The notes beneath the pieces are model-generated. The model made no database searches. It was not told where the DNA came from and saw nothing but the letters and a program-made list of their open reading frames with translations. A DNA stretch of 64,000 nucleotides from Clostridiales bacterium GWD2_32_19 (GTDB lineage Bacteria; Bacillota; Clostridia; Lachnospirales; UBA12420), in contig MGOU01000007.1 of NCBI GenBank assembly GCA_001795385.1, positions 673 through 64,672 of the forward strand, given 5' to 3'. This document shows positions 63,427-64,000 of this stretch, in pieces. A program made the position numbers and the translations under genes. Position 1 is the first letter of the stretch; each line of letters begins with the position of its first letter.

Positions 63427-64000
63427 ATGATAAGAGAAGTAGCTAAAGTTGTGTCTAATAATGAGTGTACTAGTGATGTGTACGAACTGAAATTATTAGT
63501 TCCAGGTATTGCAAAGGATGCTAAAGTAGGTCAATTTGTAAATGTATACTGCAAGAATCAGGTGAATTTATTGCCAAGACCAATAAGTATATCAGAAATA
63601 AATGGTGATGAATTGGTGCTCTTGTGTAGAGCTGTTGGGGTGGGAACAAATGAATTTAGAGACTTAAAAGAAAATGACGAAATAGTTATTATGGGACCAG
63701 TGGGTCACGGATTTACAATATGTAATGAACAAAGGATAGCACTGGTAGGTGGAGGAATAGGGATAGCGCCACTTGTTGAGCTTGCTAAACTTTTACCAAA
63801 AGAAAGTACAAGTGTGTATTTGGGAATAGGTAAGAAAGAAGAAGTAGGATTTATAAAAGAAGAACTTTTTAGAAAAGAATGTATGGGAGTGAAAGTTGCT
63901 ACAATGGATGGCACATATGGTACTAAGGGTACAGTCATGGATATATTGGGAGACGAGATATTTGACATGATATATGCTTGCGGCCCACTTCCTATGCTTA
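63427..64000 (+). CDS. pyrK: dihydroorotate dehydrogenase electron transfer subunit (runs off the window)
   Basis: Manual translation: GQFV, LLPRPISI, GPVGHGF, GGGIGIAP, TMDG.YG, YACGPLPML; GGAGG RBS. Confidence 0.9.
   Translation, partial: MIREVAKVVSNNECTSDVYELKLLVPGIAKDAKVGQFVNVYCKNQVNLLPRPISISEINGDELVLLCRAVGVGTNEFRDLKENDEIVIMGPVGHGFTICNEQRIALVGGGIGIAPLVELAKLLPKESTSVYLGIGKKEEVGFIKEELFRKECMGVKVATMDGTYGTKGTVMDILGDEIFDMIYACGPLPML

Noticed and set aside
1270-63968. Numerous minus-strand ORFs in the six-frame track (e.g. 38738-39724, 41960-42565, 14907-15345)
   Set aside because: They lie antisense to well-supported + strand genes, are Ser/Phe/Ile-rich shadows and show no recognisable motifs.

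Overview
AT-rich chromosomal window from a spore-forming, flagellated Clostridia-class bacterium (Lachnospirales-like gene set; inference). Essentially every credible gene is on the + strand. Core genes include pgi, polA, glgA, tig-clpP-clpX, rpoB-rpoC, acpS-alr-ndoA, recU, metK and pyrK (partial). There are also signalling modules (MBL hydrolase/GAF-HD-GYP/CHASE2 cyclase; GAF-GGDEF; FIST-kinase-REC/HDOD), a DUF6240-flagellin-fliS unit with two sigma-28 promoters, and sporulation genes. Main observations: (1) an integrase-less ~3.5 kb island inserted in the 3' end of a rubrerythrin gene, with a duplicated gene end, 11-bp tandem arm-like repeats and three envelope-protein genes; (2) a bacterial-type CoaD-CoaE fusion behind the cyclase operon, while coaE is absent from its usual place after polA; (3) nested non-autonomous palindromic elements, one seen in both filled and collapsed form; (4) unusual residues in the RpoB rifamycin pocket and the Alr active site; (5) an orphan MazF/NdoA and a frameshifted TIGR02677-like relic. 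No rRNA, tRNA, CRISPR array or intact integrase/transposase was seen. All family assignments come from motif recognition, not database searches.
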